A DNA stretch of 32,000 bases, taken from contig NZ_CP030918.1 in the NCBI RefSeq assembly GCF_003324675.1, positions 2,010,001 through 2,042,000 of the forward strand. The letters are read 5' to 3'. The notes under the pieces are model-generated. The model did no database searches, was not told the DNA's origin, and saw only the letters and a program-made list of their open reading frames with translations. The first letter of the stretch is position 1, and each line of letters begins with the position of its first letter. Source of the DNA: Paracoccus suum. Its GTDB lineage: Bacteria > Pseudomonadota > Alphaproteobacteria > Rhodobacterales > Rhodobacteraceae. This document shows, one piece after another, positions 1-9,289 of the stretch. The position numbers were made by a program, and so were the translations under genes.

Positions 1-467
1 GAGGCGGTGACCAGGTAGACATGGGCCGCCATGCCCAACTGGATGTTCACATCGCCCGCGGTGGTGACCGTGCGCATGCCGGTCACCCAAGTCAGCGCCT
101 CGTCCGAATGGGGCACCGGGTCCCAGCGGTATTGGCCAAGGCTGGTCACATCCGGCAGGATATGCGGGGCGCTGCGCCAGTACGGCATCTCGATCCGCGT
201 GAAGCGGCCGACATGCTTGACCGAGGGGCGGATGCGATAGCACCAGGTCCGCTCGTTCTGGCCGCGCGGCGCGGTAAAGGCGGTGCCGGACAGCTGCTCG
301 GCATAAAGTCCGTGGCTGACCTTTTGCGGGCTGTTCTGGCCCTGCGGCAGGGCGCCGGGCAGAGCCTCGGTCTCGAAATCATTGCCAAAGCCGGGCATGT
401 AGCCAGTGCCGTCGATGCTGGGCGCCTGCGTCAGACGCAGAGGGGCGGCCGTGGTGTCGAGCGACAT
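1..467 (-). CDS. hmgA: homogentisate 1,2-dioxygenase, N-terminal ~155 codons (gene continues beyond the left window edge)
   Basis: Own translation of the minus strand from ATG 467..465 gives [85 protein letters not shown]... This matches the conserved HmgA N-terminal pattern (GFGN.F.[ST][36 protein letters not shown]). A GGAAGGA SD lies just upstream. It is absent from the ORF track because there is no stop inside the window. Confidence 0.88.
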   Translation of the reverse strand, partial: MSLDTTAAPLRLTQAPSIDGTGYMPGFGNDFETEALPGALPQGQNSPQKVSHGLYAEQLSGTAFTAPRGQNERTWCYRIRPSVKHVGRFTRIEMPYWRSAPHILPDVTSLGQYRWDPVPHSDEALTWVTGMRTVTTAGDVNIQLGMAAHVYLVTA

Positions 468-495
468 GGTATCCTTCCCGCCGGATGATGCGGAA

Positions 496-523
496 AGGAT
501 AGTTTCAAATGAAACCAGGTCAA
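496..523 (-). promoter_or_regulatory. candidate sigma70-type promoter of hmgA with a palindromic operator in the spacer
   Basis: The minus strand reads TTGACC (523..518), a 16-nt spacer, then TATCCT (501..496), about 30 nt upstream of the hmgA ATG. The spacer contains the palindrome GTTTCA-TT-TGAAAC (515..502). Confidence 0.45.
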
Positions 524-531
524 GCTGAGCT

Positions 532-1545
532 TCAGCGGCCCCGGATGCGCGGGTCAAGCGCGTCGCGTAGCCCGTCGCCGACGTAGTTCACGCAGAGCAC
601 CGTCAGCGAGATGAAGATGCCGGGCAGGATCACGCGCCACGGATACATCTGCATCTGGTCGACTGCGTCGTAGAGAAGGCGTCCCCAGGTCGGGAAGTCG
701 GGGGGAAAGCCTAGGCCGAGGAACGACAGCACGCTCTCGGTGATGATTGCCGAGGCGATGCCGAGGGCGCCCGCGACCATGATCGGCGACATGACGTTGG
801 GCAGCACATGGCGGCTGATGATCCGTGCGTTGGGCGTACCGATGGAGCGCGCGGCCAGCACGAACTCGCGCTCCTTCACGCCCAGCACCTCGCCACGCAC
901 GATGCGGGCGGCCTGCATCCAGCTGGTCGCGCCAATGGCCGTCACGATCAGCAGAAAGATCCCGAGCGCCGGACCGAAGTGCTTGGACAGCGGCTCGCGG
1001 AACAGGGTTACCATCAGCAGCAGGAGGGGCAGCAGGGGCAGGGCCAGGAACAACTCGGTCACCCGCATCAGCGGCCCGTCGAGGCGACGGAAAAACCCCG
1101 ACAGAACGCCGATCAGCGCGCCCAGCGTGATTGCAATCAGCATTGCCGTCAGTCCGACTGCCAGCGAGACGCGCCCGCCGACCATCAACCGGGCCAGCAT
1201 GTCGCGCCCCAGTTGGTCGGTTCCCAGCGGATGCGCGGCGCTGAACCCCTTGTTGCGGGCGCGGATGTCCACATGCGTCGCGTCGATGTGCCACAGCGAG
1301 GGGCCGATCAGCACGAACAGCACGATGAGCGTAAAGATCACCAGCGCGATCATCGCCCCCTTGTGGTGGCGAAACTGGTCCCAGACGTCGCGCCACTGGC
1401 TGCGCGGCCGGGCCAGCCTGACAGGCGCATCGGGGGGGAGGATTGCGGCGCCCCCGCCAGCCGAAGCTGCGACCGTCTCGGCCTCGTCCAGGGCATGGGC
1501 GCGGACCTGAGCCGTCGCCTCGTGCATCGTGCGGGGCTCATTCAT
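532..1545 (-). CDS. ABC transporter permease, peptide/nickel type (DppC/OppC-like)
   Basis: 337-aa ORF with multiple hydrophobic spans. The C-terminal ...[20 protein letters not shown] is typical of DppC/OppC permeases. The ATG overlaps the upstream stop (ATGAATGA, 1545..1538). Confidence 0.9.
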   Translation of the reverse strand: MNEPRTMHEATAQVRAHALDEAETVAASAGGGAAILPPDAPVRLARPRSQWRDVWDQFRHHKGAMIALVIFTLIVLFVLIGPSLWHIDATHVDIRARNKGFSAAHPLGTDQLGRDMLARLMVGGRVSLAVGLTAMLIAITLGALIGVLSGFFRRLDGPLMRVTELFLALPLLPLLLLMVTLFREPLSKHFGPALGIFLLIVTAIGATSWMQAARIVRGEVLGVKEREFVLAARSIGTPNARIISRHVLPNVMSPIMVAGALGIASAIITESVLSFLGLGFPPDFPTWGRLLYDAVDQMQMYPWRVILPGIFISLTVLCVNYVGDGLRDALDPRIRGR

Positions 1546-2545
1546 AGCGGATCCTCGGGTCGAGGACGCCGTAAAGGAGGTCCGCGATCAGGGTGAAAAA
1601 GACGATCAGGATGGCAAAGATGAAGGTCAGCGTCAGCACCATCGGCAGGTCGTTCGCGTAGATCGAGGTGATGAGAAGCTGGCCGAGGCCATTGATCTTG
1701 AACACCTGCTCGGTGACGATGGCGCCGCCAAAGACTCCGGGCAGGCCCAGCGCGATCACCGTGACCACCGGGATCAGGCTGTTGCGCAGCACATGTTTGA
1801 GGACGACCACCCGCTCGGACATGCCCTTGGCGCGGGCGGTGCGCACGTAATCCTGGCCAAGGTTGTCCAGCATCGAGGCGCGCATGAAGCGGCTGATCTG
1901 GGCGGCGTTATAGAGCGCGAGCACCGTCACCGGCAGCACCATCTGCCGGACCTGGGCCATGAAGCTGCCCCAGTCGCGCACGACCAGCGTGGTGTCGTAG
2001 ATCGACGGAAACCAGTGCAGCTTGACGGCAAAGACGACGATCAGGACGACCCCGGTAAAGAAGGTTGGCAGCGAAAACCCGACCATGCTGATGAAAGTGC
2101 CGAGCTGGTCGAACCATGAATACTGCTTGTAGGCCGACAGGATGCCGATCGGCAGCGCGATGGCCACACCGATCAGGTAGCTGAGACCGACCACGGTCAG
2201 GGTCTGCGGCAGGCGCTGGGCGATCACTTCGAACACCGGGCTGCGCGACTGGAAGCTGATGATGCGCTGCATTCCGTCAGCGAAGTGGGTGCCGGTCAGA
2301 TGGTCGAACCAGTAGAGCGGCTCGACCACGAAAAACTGTTTCAGCCACAGGATATAGCGGATGTACCAGGCCTGCCCGAGGCCCAGCGCCTCGCGCATGC
2401 GCTCTTTCACCTCGGGGGGGATGGTCATTGGCAGATCACCCAGCGGATCGCCGGGCGACAGCTCGAGAAGCAGGAAGATCACCATCGAGATGAAGATCAG
2501 CATGGGGATCGCCATCAGCACCCGGCGCAGGGCGAAGTTCAGCAT
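1538..2545 (-). CDS. ABC transporter permease, peptide/nickel type (DppB/OppB-like)
   Basis: 335-aa ORF starting MLNFALRRVLMAIPMLIFISMVIF... and ending ...[15 protein letters not shown], the typical DppB/OppB start and end. Confidence 0.9.
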   Translation of the reverse strand: MLNFALRRVLMAIPMLIFISMVIFLLLELSPGDPLGDLPMTIPPEVKERMREALGLGQAWYIRYILWLKQFFVVEPLYWFDHLTGTHFADGMQRIISFQSRSPVFEVIAQRLPQTLTVVGLSYLIGVAIALPIGILSAYKQYSWFDQLGTFISMVGFSLPTFFTGVVLIVVFAVKLHWFPSIYDTTLVVRDWGSFMAQVRQMVLPVTVLALYNAAQISRFMRASMLDNLGQDYVRTARAKGMSERVVVLKHVLRNSLIPVVTVIALGLPGVFGGAIVTEQVFKINGLGQLLITSIYANDLPMVLTLTFIFAILIVFFTLIADLLYGVLDPRIRYE

Positions 2546-2644
2546 GTTGCGGCCTCGGGGCTGGCTGGTTGGGGGCAGGGGTGCCCCGCCCGGCGGGATG
2601 CCGGAAGGGGCGGTCGGACGCCTTTCCTCAGGCGCAGCGGAGGT

Positions 2645-4348
2645 TTACTTGACGCGGAACCAGTCCGAGGCGTTCCACAACTCGCTGTCCCAGACGTTCA
2701 GGTCGATCCCGCCCAGCGACTTGGACTTGGCCGAGAAGCGGGCGCGAGAGACGAGCGGCAGCATCGAGTTGCTCTCGACCGTCAGCATGTTGTTCAGCTT
2801 CTTGGCGAGCTCGCCGCGCTTAGCCTCGTCCGAGGTGTGCGACAACTCGACAACCATCGCGTCGTAGGCGGGATCGCAGAAGCGGTTGATGTTCTGGCCT
2901 TGCCACTGGTTGTCCGGACCGGGCGCCTTGTTGCAGGTGCGTTCGGCGAGGTAGGGCTCGGGGTCGGTGCCGTCAAAGTTGTTGGCGTACATCTCGACGT
3001 CCGAATAGAACTTCTGCATCGTGTCCGGGCTGCCGGCATCGCCGCCAAAGAAGACGCTGCCGTCCACGGTCTTCAGCTCGCTATCGACGCCGATTTCCTG
3101 CCACCACTGCTTGACCAGTGCCTGGAAGTCCTGACGCACCGGGTTGACCGAGGTCTGGAACAGCAGCTTCAGCGGCTTGCCGTCCTTTTCGCGGATGCCG
3201 CTGCCGCCGACTGTCCAGCCGGCCTCGTCCAGCAGCTTCTTGGCACCCTCCACGTCCTGCTGGAGGCAGCTCGTGTTGTTCGCGGCATAGGCCTCGGGTG
3301 CGGGCACCAGATCGCAGGTCGGCTTGCCGGCCTCGCCATAGCCAAGCTCGGCCAGCAGCTGTCGGTCCAGCGCCATCGAAAGTGCCGCCCGCACCTTGGG
3401 ATCGCCCAGGATCGGGTGCGGATGCTTGGCAGTCGCACGCTCGCCCTCGGCGAGGGTCGAGGACGGGTCGGTCATGTTCAGCTCGATCCGCTCGACCAGC
3501 GTGCCGTAGGCCGAGACGAACTCGCCCTTGCCGCCGGCCTTCATCTGTTCCTGAACCTCGGGGCTGACCTGGGTGTTCCAGGCATAGTCGAACTCGCCCG
3601 TTTCCATGACGGCGCGGCCAGCCGCGGCGGCATCGCCCCCGCCTTTCAGCGTCATCGTCGCGAAGGCAGGCTTGGCCGGGTCGCGATAGTTGGGATTGGC
3701 TTCGAGCAGGACCACGTCGTTGGTCTTGAAGTCCTTGACCATGAAAGGTCCGGTGCCGATCGGGCGGAAGTTCTGGTCGGTGCAGCTCGATGCGGCCGTA
3801 CCCAGGCACGGCTCGAACTGGGCCTTTTGCAGGATGGGCGCGGTGGCGCTGACAAAGATCGTGAACGGGTTGGGCTTCGGTTCGGTAAAGGTGACCTTGA
3901 CGGTCAGCGGATCGACCGCTTCGACCTTTTCGACGCCCTCATAGCGCGCAAGCTGCGCACAGCCGCCGTCGGGCGCCATGCAATACTGCGCGGTGAACAC
4001 CGCGTCATCGGCGGTGACGGGTGATCCGTCCGACCATTTCAGGTCAGGCTTCAGCTTCCAGGTGATCGTTTTGAGGTCCTCTGAGATGCCGCCGTTGTCC
4101 CGCGACGGGATCTCGGCGGCGAGGCGCGGAAAGATTTCGCCCTTGGGATCGAAGCCGGCCAGGGGTTCAAGCACAAGGCTGGCGGCGTCGGTGTCCTTGG
4201 TCCCCGACGAGAGGTAGGGGTTCATTGTCGAGATCGCCTGTGAATAGAGGACCTTCACATCCCCGTCCATTCCCCGCTCGGCCATGGCGGCGGCGGGCAG
4301 CAGCGCCATTGTGGCGGCGGCGCCCAGAAGTGCAGTCTTGATGGTCAT
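2645..4348 (-). CDS. ABC transporter substrate-binding protein, family 5 (peptide/nickel/opine type)
   Basis: 567 aa with an N-terminal signal peptide ([23 protein letters not shown]). Size and composition fit family-5 SBPs. The ATG overlaps the stop of the upstream ATPase (ATGA at 4348..4345). Confidence 0.88.
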   Translation of the reverse strand: MTIKTALLGAAATMALLPAAAMAERGMDGDVKVLYSQAISTMNPYLSSGTKDTDAASLVLEPLAGFDPKGEIFPRLAAEIPSRDNGGISEDLKTITWKLKPDLKWSDGSPVTADDAVFTAQYCMAPDGGCAQLARYEGVEKVEAVDPLTVKVTFTEPKPNPFTIFVSATAPILQKAQFEPCLGTAASSCTDQNFRPIGTGPFMVKDFKTNDVVLLEANPNYRDPAKPAFATMTLKGGGDAAAAGRAVMETGEFDYAWNTQVSPEVQEQMKAGGKGEFVSAYGTLVERIELNMTDPSSTLAEGERATAKHPHPILGDPKVRAALSMALDRQLLAELGYGEAGKPTCDLVPAPEAYAANNTSCLQQDVEGAKKLLDEAGWTVGGSGIREKDGKPLKLLFQTSVNPVRQDFQALVKQWWQEIGVDSELKTVDGSVFFGGDAGSPDTMQKFYSDVEMYANNFDGTDPEPYLAERTCNKAPGPDNQWQGQNINRFCDPAYDAMVVELSHTSDEAKRGELAKKLNNMLTVESNSMLPLVSRARFSAKSKSLGGIDLNVWDSELWNASDWFRVK

Positions 4349-5424
4349 GAAATGCGATCTCCCTGGGTAGGTTCCGGCTCGGTGGCCGGGGCAGTTGCTT
4401 CTGCCGCCGTGGGTTCGGCGGTCATGGTATAAAGATGGCAGGCGACGGACTGGCCGGGGCGCTCCTCAAGGAACGCCGGCTCGATCTCGCGGCAGATCGG
4501 CATGACCCGCGGGCAACGGGTGCTGAAGTTGCAGCCCTTGGGCGGGTTCGCCGGCGAGGGGACGTCGCCTTTCAGGATCACGTGGCGGCGCTGCGCCTCG
4601 GCATCGGGGTCCGGCTCGGGGACCGCGGAAAGCAGCGCCTGGGTGTAGGGATGCATGGGACGCAGGTAGAGATCGTCGCGGGCGGCCAGCTCGACGATCT
4701 TGCCGAGGTACATCACCGCTACCCGGTCGGCGATGTGCCGCACCATCGACAAATCATGGCTGATAAAGAGGTAAGTCAGCCCCAGCCGGTCCTGCAATTC
4801 CTCCAGCAGGTTGACCACCTGCGCCTGGATGGAGACGTCCAGCGCGGCAATCGGCTCGTCGCAGACGATGAACCGCGGGTTCAGCGCAAGGGCGCGGGCG
4901 ATGCCAATGCGCTGTCGCTGCCCGCCGGAGAATTCATGCGGATAACGGTTGGCAAAATCGCGGTTCAGTCCGACCTGGTCCATCAGCTCGTAGATGCGGG
5001 CGGTGCGCTCGTCGCGGGTCAGGCGCGCATGTTCGATCAGCGGCTCGCCGATGATATCGGCCACGGTCATGCGCGGGTTTAGCGAGGCCTGCGGGTCCTG
5101 AAACACCATCTGCATCAGCGGTCGCAGCCGGCGCAGCGCCCCCGGCGTGGCCTGCGTCACGTCCTGGCCGGCAATGCTGATGCTGCCCGCGGTCGGATCG
5201 TAGAGGCGCAGCACGGCGCGCCCGCAAGTGGACTTGCCGCAGCCCGATTCGCCGACCAGCCCCAGCGTCTCGCCCTCGCGGATGGTAAAGCTGATGTCGT
5301 CCACTGCCTTCACGTCGCCGATCTTGCGGCGCAGGAAGCCGGTGGTGATCGGGAAATACATCTTCAGCCCGGAGACAGTCACCAGCGGCGCGCGCGTCAA
5401 TGCCTCGTCCGTTCGGTCAAGCAT
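4345..5424 (-). CDS. ABC transporter ATP-binding protein (DppF/OppF-like)
   Basis: Walker [10 protein letters not shown], signature FSGGQRQR, Walker [13 protein letters not shown]. Start moved from the track's 5502 to ATG 5424 ([24 protein letters not shown]...). That ATG overlaps the stop of the preceding ATPase by 8 nt (ATGCTTGA). Confidence 0.88.
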   Translation of the reverse strand: MLDRTDEALTRAPLVTVSGLKMYFPITTGFLRRKIGDVKAVDDISFTIREGETLGLVGESGCGKSTCGRAVLRLYDPTAGSISIAGQDVTQATPGALRRLRPLMQMVFQDPQASLNPRMTVADIIGEPLIEHARLTRDERTARIYELMDQVGLNRDFANRYPHEFSGGQRQRIGIARALALNPRFIVCDEPIAALDVSIQAQVVNLLEELQDRLGLTYLFISHDLSMVRHIADRVAVMYLGKIVELAARDDLYLRPMHPYTQALLSAVPEPDPDAEAQRRHVILKGDVPSPANPPKGCNFSTRCPRVMPICREIEPAFLEERPGQSVACHLYTMTAEPTAAEATAPATEPEPTQGDRIS

Positions 5425-6454
5425 GGGCAGCCTCGCGCGGCAGGCCGCGCGCCTCGAGGCGCGGGGAATCGCGGTCGAAATCCCAGAAGCAGGCGGCGTC
5501 ATGCGCCGGCCCGACGGGGAAGCGGGGCGGGTTCTCGGCGTCGCAGCGCTCGAACCGGTAGGGGCAGCGAAAGCGGAAGTTGCAGGCCTTCGGCCGGTCC
5601 CGGACGATTGGCGGCTGGCCCTGGATCACGTTCAGCTTTGCCGCGCGCTCGCCCCGGACCGACGGCACGGTCTGCAGAAGGGCACGGGTGTAGGGATGGC
5701 GCGGGCGCGCGAAAAGCTCGCGAACCGGGGCCATCTCGACGATCTGGCCGCCATACATCACCATTACCCGGTCGGCGATGCCGGCGATCACGCCCAGGTC
5801 GTGCGTGATCCAGATGATCGCCATTCCCAGCTTGCGGCGCAAATCGCGCACCAGCTCGATGATCTGGGCCTGGATGGTGACGTCCAGCGCGGTCGTCGGC
5901 TCGTCGGCGATCAGGACCTTGGGATCGCAGGCGAGGGCGATGGCGATCATTACCCGCTGGCGCATGCCGCCACTGAACTGGTGCGGATAATCGTCCAGCC
6001 GGCGTGCGGCATCGGGGATGCCCACCAGCTCCAGCAGCTCGCGGGCGCGGGTGCGGGCGGCGTCGCGCGACATTCCCATGTGGGTGCGCAGCGGCTCCAT
6101 CAACTGGTTGGCGATGGTGAACACCGGGTTCAGGCTGGTCATCGGGTCCTGGAAGATGAAGCCGATTCCGGCGCCGCGGACCTGACGCAACTCGGGCGGC
6201 GACAGCTTAAGCAGATCGCGCCCCTCGAACAGCACTCGGCCGCCCCGATTCTCCGCCGGGGGCGAGGGCAGGATCGAGATCAGGGACATCATGGTCACTG
6301 ATTTGCCCGAACCCGACTCGCCCACCACGCCTAACAACTCACCCGGTCGGAGGTCAAAACTGACGTCGTTTACGGCATGCACATAGCCGCCCCGGGTTCG
6401 AAAGGCAGTGTTAAGGCTTTCGACCGAAAGGATAGGCCGCTGGCCTGTCACCAT
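5417..6454 (-). CDS. ABC transporter ATP-binding protein (DppD/OppD-like)
   Basis: 345 aa with Walker A GESGSGKS, signature FSGGMRQR and Walker [22 protein letters not shown] lies upstream of ATG 6454. Confidence 0.9.
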   Translation of the reverse strand: MVTGQRPILSVESLNTAFRTRGGYVHAVNDVSFDLRPGELLGVVGESGSGKSVTMMSLISILPSPPAENRGGRVLFEGRDLLKLSPPELRQVRGAGIGFIFQDPMTSLNPVFTIANQLMEPLRTHMGMSRDAARTRARELLELVGIPDAARRLDDYPHQFSGGMRQRVMIAIALACDPKVLIADEPTTALDVTIQAQIIELVRDLRRKLGMAIIWITHDLGVIAGIADRVMVMYGGQIVEMAPVRELFARPRHPYTRALLQTVPSVRGERAAKLNVIQGQPPIVRDRPKACNFRFRCPYRFERCDAENPPRFPVGPAHDAACFWDFDRDSPRLEARGLPREAAHA

Positions 6455-6545
6455 TCACATTCCCCCCGCGTATAGCCATGTTTTTGCCCGTTTTTCGGGA
6501 CTTATTCTTTGCTACCGCCGGTCGAGCTTACCTGTTTCAATTCAT

Positions 6546-6575
6546 CCCGCAAGCATTTTGCCTGGGGCTTGCGGG
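6546..6575. promoter_or_regulatory. perfect 9-bp inverted repeat in the divergent promoter region (ABC operon / M20 amidohydrolase)
   Basis: CCCGCAAGC (6546-6554), a 12-nt spacer, then GCTTGCGGG (6567-6575). It lies in the 177-nt AT-richer intergenic region between starts 6454 (-) and 6632 (+). Candidate operator or leader hairpin. Confidence 0.3.
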
Positions 6576-6631
6576 CGGCGCGCGTTCTCGTCACTGTCGC
6601 GTTGCGCAATTCTTCAGCAAAGGTCACCGCC

Positions 6632-7819
6632 ATGCCCGTCAAGAACCGCTTTGCAGAAATGCTGCCCGAAATTACGGCCTGGCGGCGCGAGTTTCACGAG
6701 AACCCCGAACTGCTCTACGAGGTGCATCGCACGGCGTCGCGCGTTGCCGAGTTGCTGCGCAGCTTTGGTTGCGACGAGGTGGTCGAGGGTATCGGCCGGA
6801 CCGGCGTTGTCGGCGTGATCCGCGGCCGCACTGACACCTCCGGCCGGGTGATCGGGCTGCGGGCCGACATGGATGCGCTGCCGATCGTCGAGGCGACGGG
6901 ACTGCCCTATGCCAGCAAGACGCCCGGCGCGATGCATGCCTGCGGCCACGACGGGCACACCGCCATGCTGCTGGGCGCGGCGCGCTATCTGGCCGAGACG
7001 CGCAATTTCGACGGCACCGCCGTCGTCATCTTCCAGCCTGCGGAGGAGGGCGGCGCCGGGGGCAAGGCCATGATCGACGATGGCCTGGTCACCCGCTGGG
7101 GCATCGATGAGTTCTACGGCATGCACAACATGCCCGGCTATCCCACCGGCAAGTTCGCCATCCGCGAGGGCGCGATGATGGCCGGCACCGATGAGGTTGC
7201 GATCACCATCACCGGCCGCGGCGGTCATGCCGCAAAGCCGCATGACTGCATCGACCCGCTGGTCGCTGCGGCGCAAATGATCGTGGCCATCCAGTCCATC
7301 GTGGCACGCAATGTCGATCCGCTGAGCCAGGGCGTGATCTCGATCTGCACGCTGCAGACGGACAGCACGGCGCGCAACGTGATCTCGGAAAAGGTCACGA
7401 TGGCCGGCACCGTGCGCAGCCTCGATCGCAAGTCGCGCGACATCATGGTCAAGGGTTTGCGGCGCGTGGTCGAGGGCACCGCCGCCGCCATGGGCGTGGA
7501 GGTCGATCTGAAGATCATCGAAGGCTATCCCGTCACCGAGAATCACCCCGAGGCCACGGTCCACGCTGCCGATGCGGCACGCGCGGTCGCGGGCGATGTC
7601 ATCACCGACATGCACCCGATGATGGGCGGCGAGGACTTCAGCTACATGCTGCTGGAACGCCCGGGCGCCTACATCTTCCTTGGCAATGGCGACAGCGCCA
7701 TGGTCCACCATCCGGCCTACAACTTCGACGACGACGCGATCCCGTTCGGCTCGAGCTGGTTTGCCGAGATGGTCGAGCGCCGGCTGCCTGCCCTGACTGC
7801 CGCCGCGGCCGCGTCCTGA
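6632..7819 (+). CDS. M20D family amidohydrolase (hippurate hydrolase / N-acyl-amino acid amidohydrolase-like)
   Basis: MPVKNRFAEMLPEITAWRREFHENPELLYEV... with the MHACGHDGH metal-ligand motif. Start trimmed from the track's 6509 to ATG 6632 because the family N-terminus begins there. Confidence 0.88.
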   Translation: MPVKNRFAEMLPEITAWRREFHENPELLYEVHRTASRVAELLRSFGCDEVVEGIGRTGVVGVIRGRTDTSGRVIGLRADMDALPIVEATGLPYASKTPGAMHACGHDGHTAMLLGAARYLAETRNFDGTAVVIFQPAEEGGAGGKAMIDDGLVTRWGIDEFYGMHNMPGYPTGKFAIREGAMMAGTDEVAITITGRGGHAAKPHDCIDPLVAAAQMIVAIQSIVARNVDPLSQGVISICTLQTDSTARNVISEKVTMAGTVRSLDRKSRDIMVKGLRRVVEGTAAAMGVEVDLKIIEGYPVTENHPEATVHAADAARAVAGDVITDMHPMMGGEDFSYMLLERPGAYIFLGNGDSAMVHHPAYNFDDDAIPFGSSWFAEMVERRLPALTAAAAAS

Positions 7820-7827
7820 TCGACACC

Positions 7828-8259
7828 CTAGGCTGAGAAACCCCGGCCCGGTCCCAGGACCGGGTCGGCCTTGGGCCGGGGCAGGTCCAGCGCCTCGCCC
7901 GGCCCGCGTTGCAGGTCGGGCTCGGCCCCGCCCGGATAGGCACCGACCGCGGCGAAATCGCCGCTCGCCTGAGCCCGGCGATGGGCGACGCCTGCCGGGA
8001 TCAGCACGACATCGCCGGCGCGCAGGGTCGCGTCGCTGCCGTCCGGCCCGCCGAGACGGAGGACGGCCGTGCCGCGAATGCAGCCGAGCACCTCATGCGT
8101 CGTGCGGTGGTAGTGGTCAAAATCATAGACCCCGTCGGTCCAAGCATTGGTCCAGCCATTCCCAGCGAACAGGTTGCGCATGTTAGTCTCATCCGGCGCG
8201 GGCAGGGCGTTTGCGTAGACAATCGCCCCGCCAACCCGCTGCCCGGCCGACCCACTCAC
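7828..8259 (-). CDS. cupin domain protein (YjlB-like, uncharacterised)
   Basis: The C-terminal part (NLFAGNGWTNAWTDGVYDFDHYHRTTHEVLG...GDVVLIPAGVAHRR...AVGAYPGG) fits the YjlB-type cupin pattern. The track ORF to 8712 overlaps the dehydrogenase gene and is Arg/Gly-rich there. Proposed GTG start 8259 overlaps the upstream stop (GTGA). TTG at 8295 or ATG at 8181 are alternatives. Confidence 0.6.
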   Translation of the reverse strand: MSGSAGQRVGGAIVYANALPAPDETNMRNLFAGNGWTNAWTDGVYDFDHYHRTTHEVLGCIRGTAVLRLGGPDGSDATLRAGDVVLIPAGVAHRRAQASGDFAAVGAYPGGAEPDLQRGPGEALDLPRPKADPVLGPGRGFSA

Positions 8260-9122
8260 CGGGTCAACCGCGCGACAAGAGCCGACGTGTCCCAACGGCC
8301 GCCGCCCATGCCCTGCACTTCCTTGTAGAACTGGTCGACCAGCGCCGTGACCGGCAGGCTGGCCCCGACCTGTTCGGCGGTGGCGAGGCAGATCGCCAGG
8401 TCCTTGCGCATCCAGTCCACGGCAAAGCCATGTTCGAACTGGCCCGCGGCCATGGTCGCGTGACGGTTCACCATCTGCCAACTGCCCGCGGCGCCCTGGC
8501 TGATGACCTCGACCACGGCGGCGGTATCGAGGCCGGCGCGGGCGGCGAAGTTCATCGATTCGGAGAGGGCCTGTACCAGCCCGGCGATGGCGATCTGGTT
8601 GGCCATCTTGGTCAGCTGGCCGGCGCCCACGGGGCCCATGCGGCGGCAGATCTTGGCATAAGCGGCGACGATGGGCTCGGCGCGGGCAAAGTCCTCCTCC
8701 GACCCCCCGCACATGATGGACAGCGCGCCATTCTCGGCGCCTGCCTGACCGCCCGAGACCGGGGCGTCGACATAGGCGATGCCCGCCGCCTCGGCCGCTG
8801 CTGCCAACTCGCGCGTGACGGCGGCGCTGACAGTGGTGTGGTCGATGAAGATGCTGCCCGGGGCCATGCCTGCAAAGGCGCCGTCCGGGCCAAGGCAGAT
8901 CTGGCGCAGGTCGTCGTCGTTGCCGACGCAGGCGAGGACCGCCTCGGCACCTTCGGCAGCCTCACGCGGGGTGCGGGCGGCACTGCCGCCATTGGCCGTG
9001 GCCCAGGCGTCTGCCTTTTGGGCGGTGCGGTTATAGACCGTCACCTCATGACCAGCGCGCGCCAGATGGCCGGCCATCGGCCCGCCCATGACCCCAAGTC
9101 CCAGAAACGCCAGCCTTGCCAT
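8256..9122 (-). CDS. NAD(P)-dependent oxidoreductase, 3-hydroxyisobutyrate dehydrogenase (MmsB/GarR) family
   Basis: 288 aa with an N-terminal Rossmann motif (MARLAFLGLGVMGGPMAGHLARAGHEVTVYNRT). Length and layout fit beta-hydroxyacid dehydrogenases. Confidence 0.88.
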   Translation of the reverse strand: MARLAFLGLGVMGGPMAGHLARAGHEVTVYNRTAQKADAWATANGGSAARTPREAAEGAEAVLACVGNDDDLRQICLGPDGAFAGMAPGSIFIDHTTVSAAVTRELAAAAEAAGIAYVDAPVSGGQAGAENGALSIMCGGSEEDFARAEPIVAAYAKICRRMGPVGAGQLTKMANQIAIAGLVQALSESMNFAARAGLDTAAVVEVISQGAAGSWQMVNRHATMAAGQFEHGFAVDWMRKDLAICLATAEQVGASLPVTALVDQFYKEVQGMGGGRWDTSALVARLTR

Positions 9123-9289
9123 TCAAGTCCCCTTTGTCAGCTTGCCGCAGAGGGCACCGGCCGCGTTGAAACGCGCGCGGCAATCCCCTACACGCTCGCA
9201 GACATCCCACCCCGGCCGTGGCGGGTCAACCGCCGCGCCGATCGCCCCCAGCCAAGCCTCCGCAGGCCGACCGCGAGGACCGCCGATCA

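Noticed and set aside
2582-2596. A 15-nt exact repeat, TGCCCCGCCCGGCGG, is shared by two non-coding regions (2582-2596 and 14763-14777). It could be a REP-like element.
   Set aside because: My rough estimate for a GC-only-rich 15-mer in 32 kb of about two-thirds GC DNA, counting both strands, gives several chance matches. There is no extended similarity around the core and no stable hairpin, because the loop would be too small.
2546-2644. Possible terminator or attenuator between the first SBP gene and its permease gene.
   Set aside because: Only a 5-bp GC stem with a 3-nt loop (CCCGC-cgg-GCGGG) and no U-run. This is too weak to call, unlike the clear 10-bp hairpin after the second SBP gene.
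2285-4024. Very long ORFs on the strand opposite to recognisable genes. Examples are 2285..4024(+), 9287..11497(-), 15517..16503(-), 17680..19083(+), 23057..24658(-), 24893..26578(-), 26476..28383(-), 28062..29192(-) and 30332..31924(-).
   Set aside because: They are fully nested antisense to genes with unambiguous family signatures. Their translations are Arg/Gly/Ala/His/Gln/Asp-rich with no motif I recognise. Such shadow ORFs are expected in high-GC DNA because stop codons are rare. There is no independent SD or coupling evidence.
7817-7830. Convergent gene ends separated by only 8-16 nt (7819/7828, 16653/16670, 21702/21711) with no terminators. This could imply antisense transcript overlap.
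   Set aside because: This is common in compact high-GC genomes. Rho-dependent termination or read-through cannot be judged from sequence. Nothing specific is seen beyond tight packing.
7828-8712. 5'-extended versions of real genes in the ORF track: 4345..5502, 6509..7819, 7828..8712, 9218..11740, 11939..13477, 18996..20420, 19014..20423, 20968..21702, 22285..23166, 28982..30256, 15583..16653 and 14917..15510.
   Set aside because: The extensions overlap neighbouring genes and have shadow-like composition. The family N-termini begin at internal start codons. Those codons often form ATGA, GTGA, TAATG or 8-nt overlaps with the upstream stop, or have a better-spaced SD. The trimmed coordinates are given in features.
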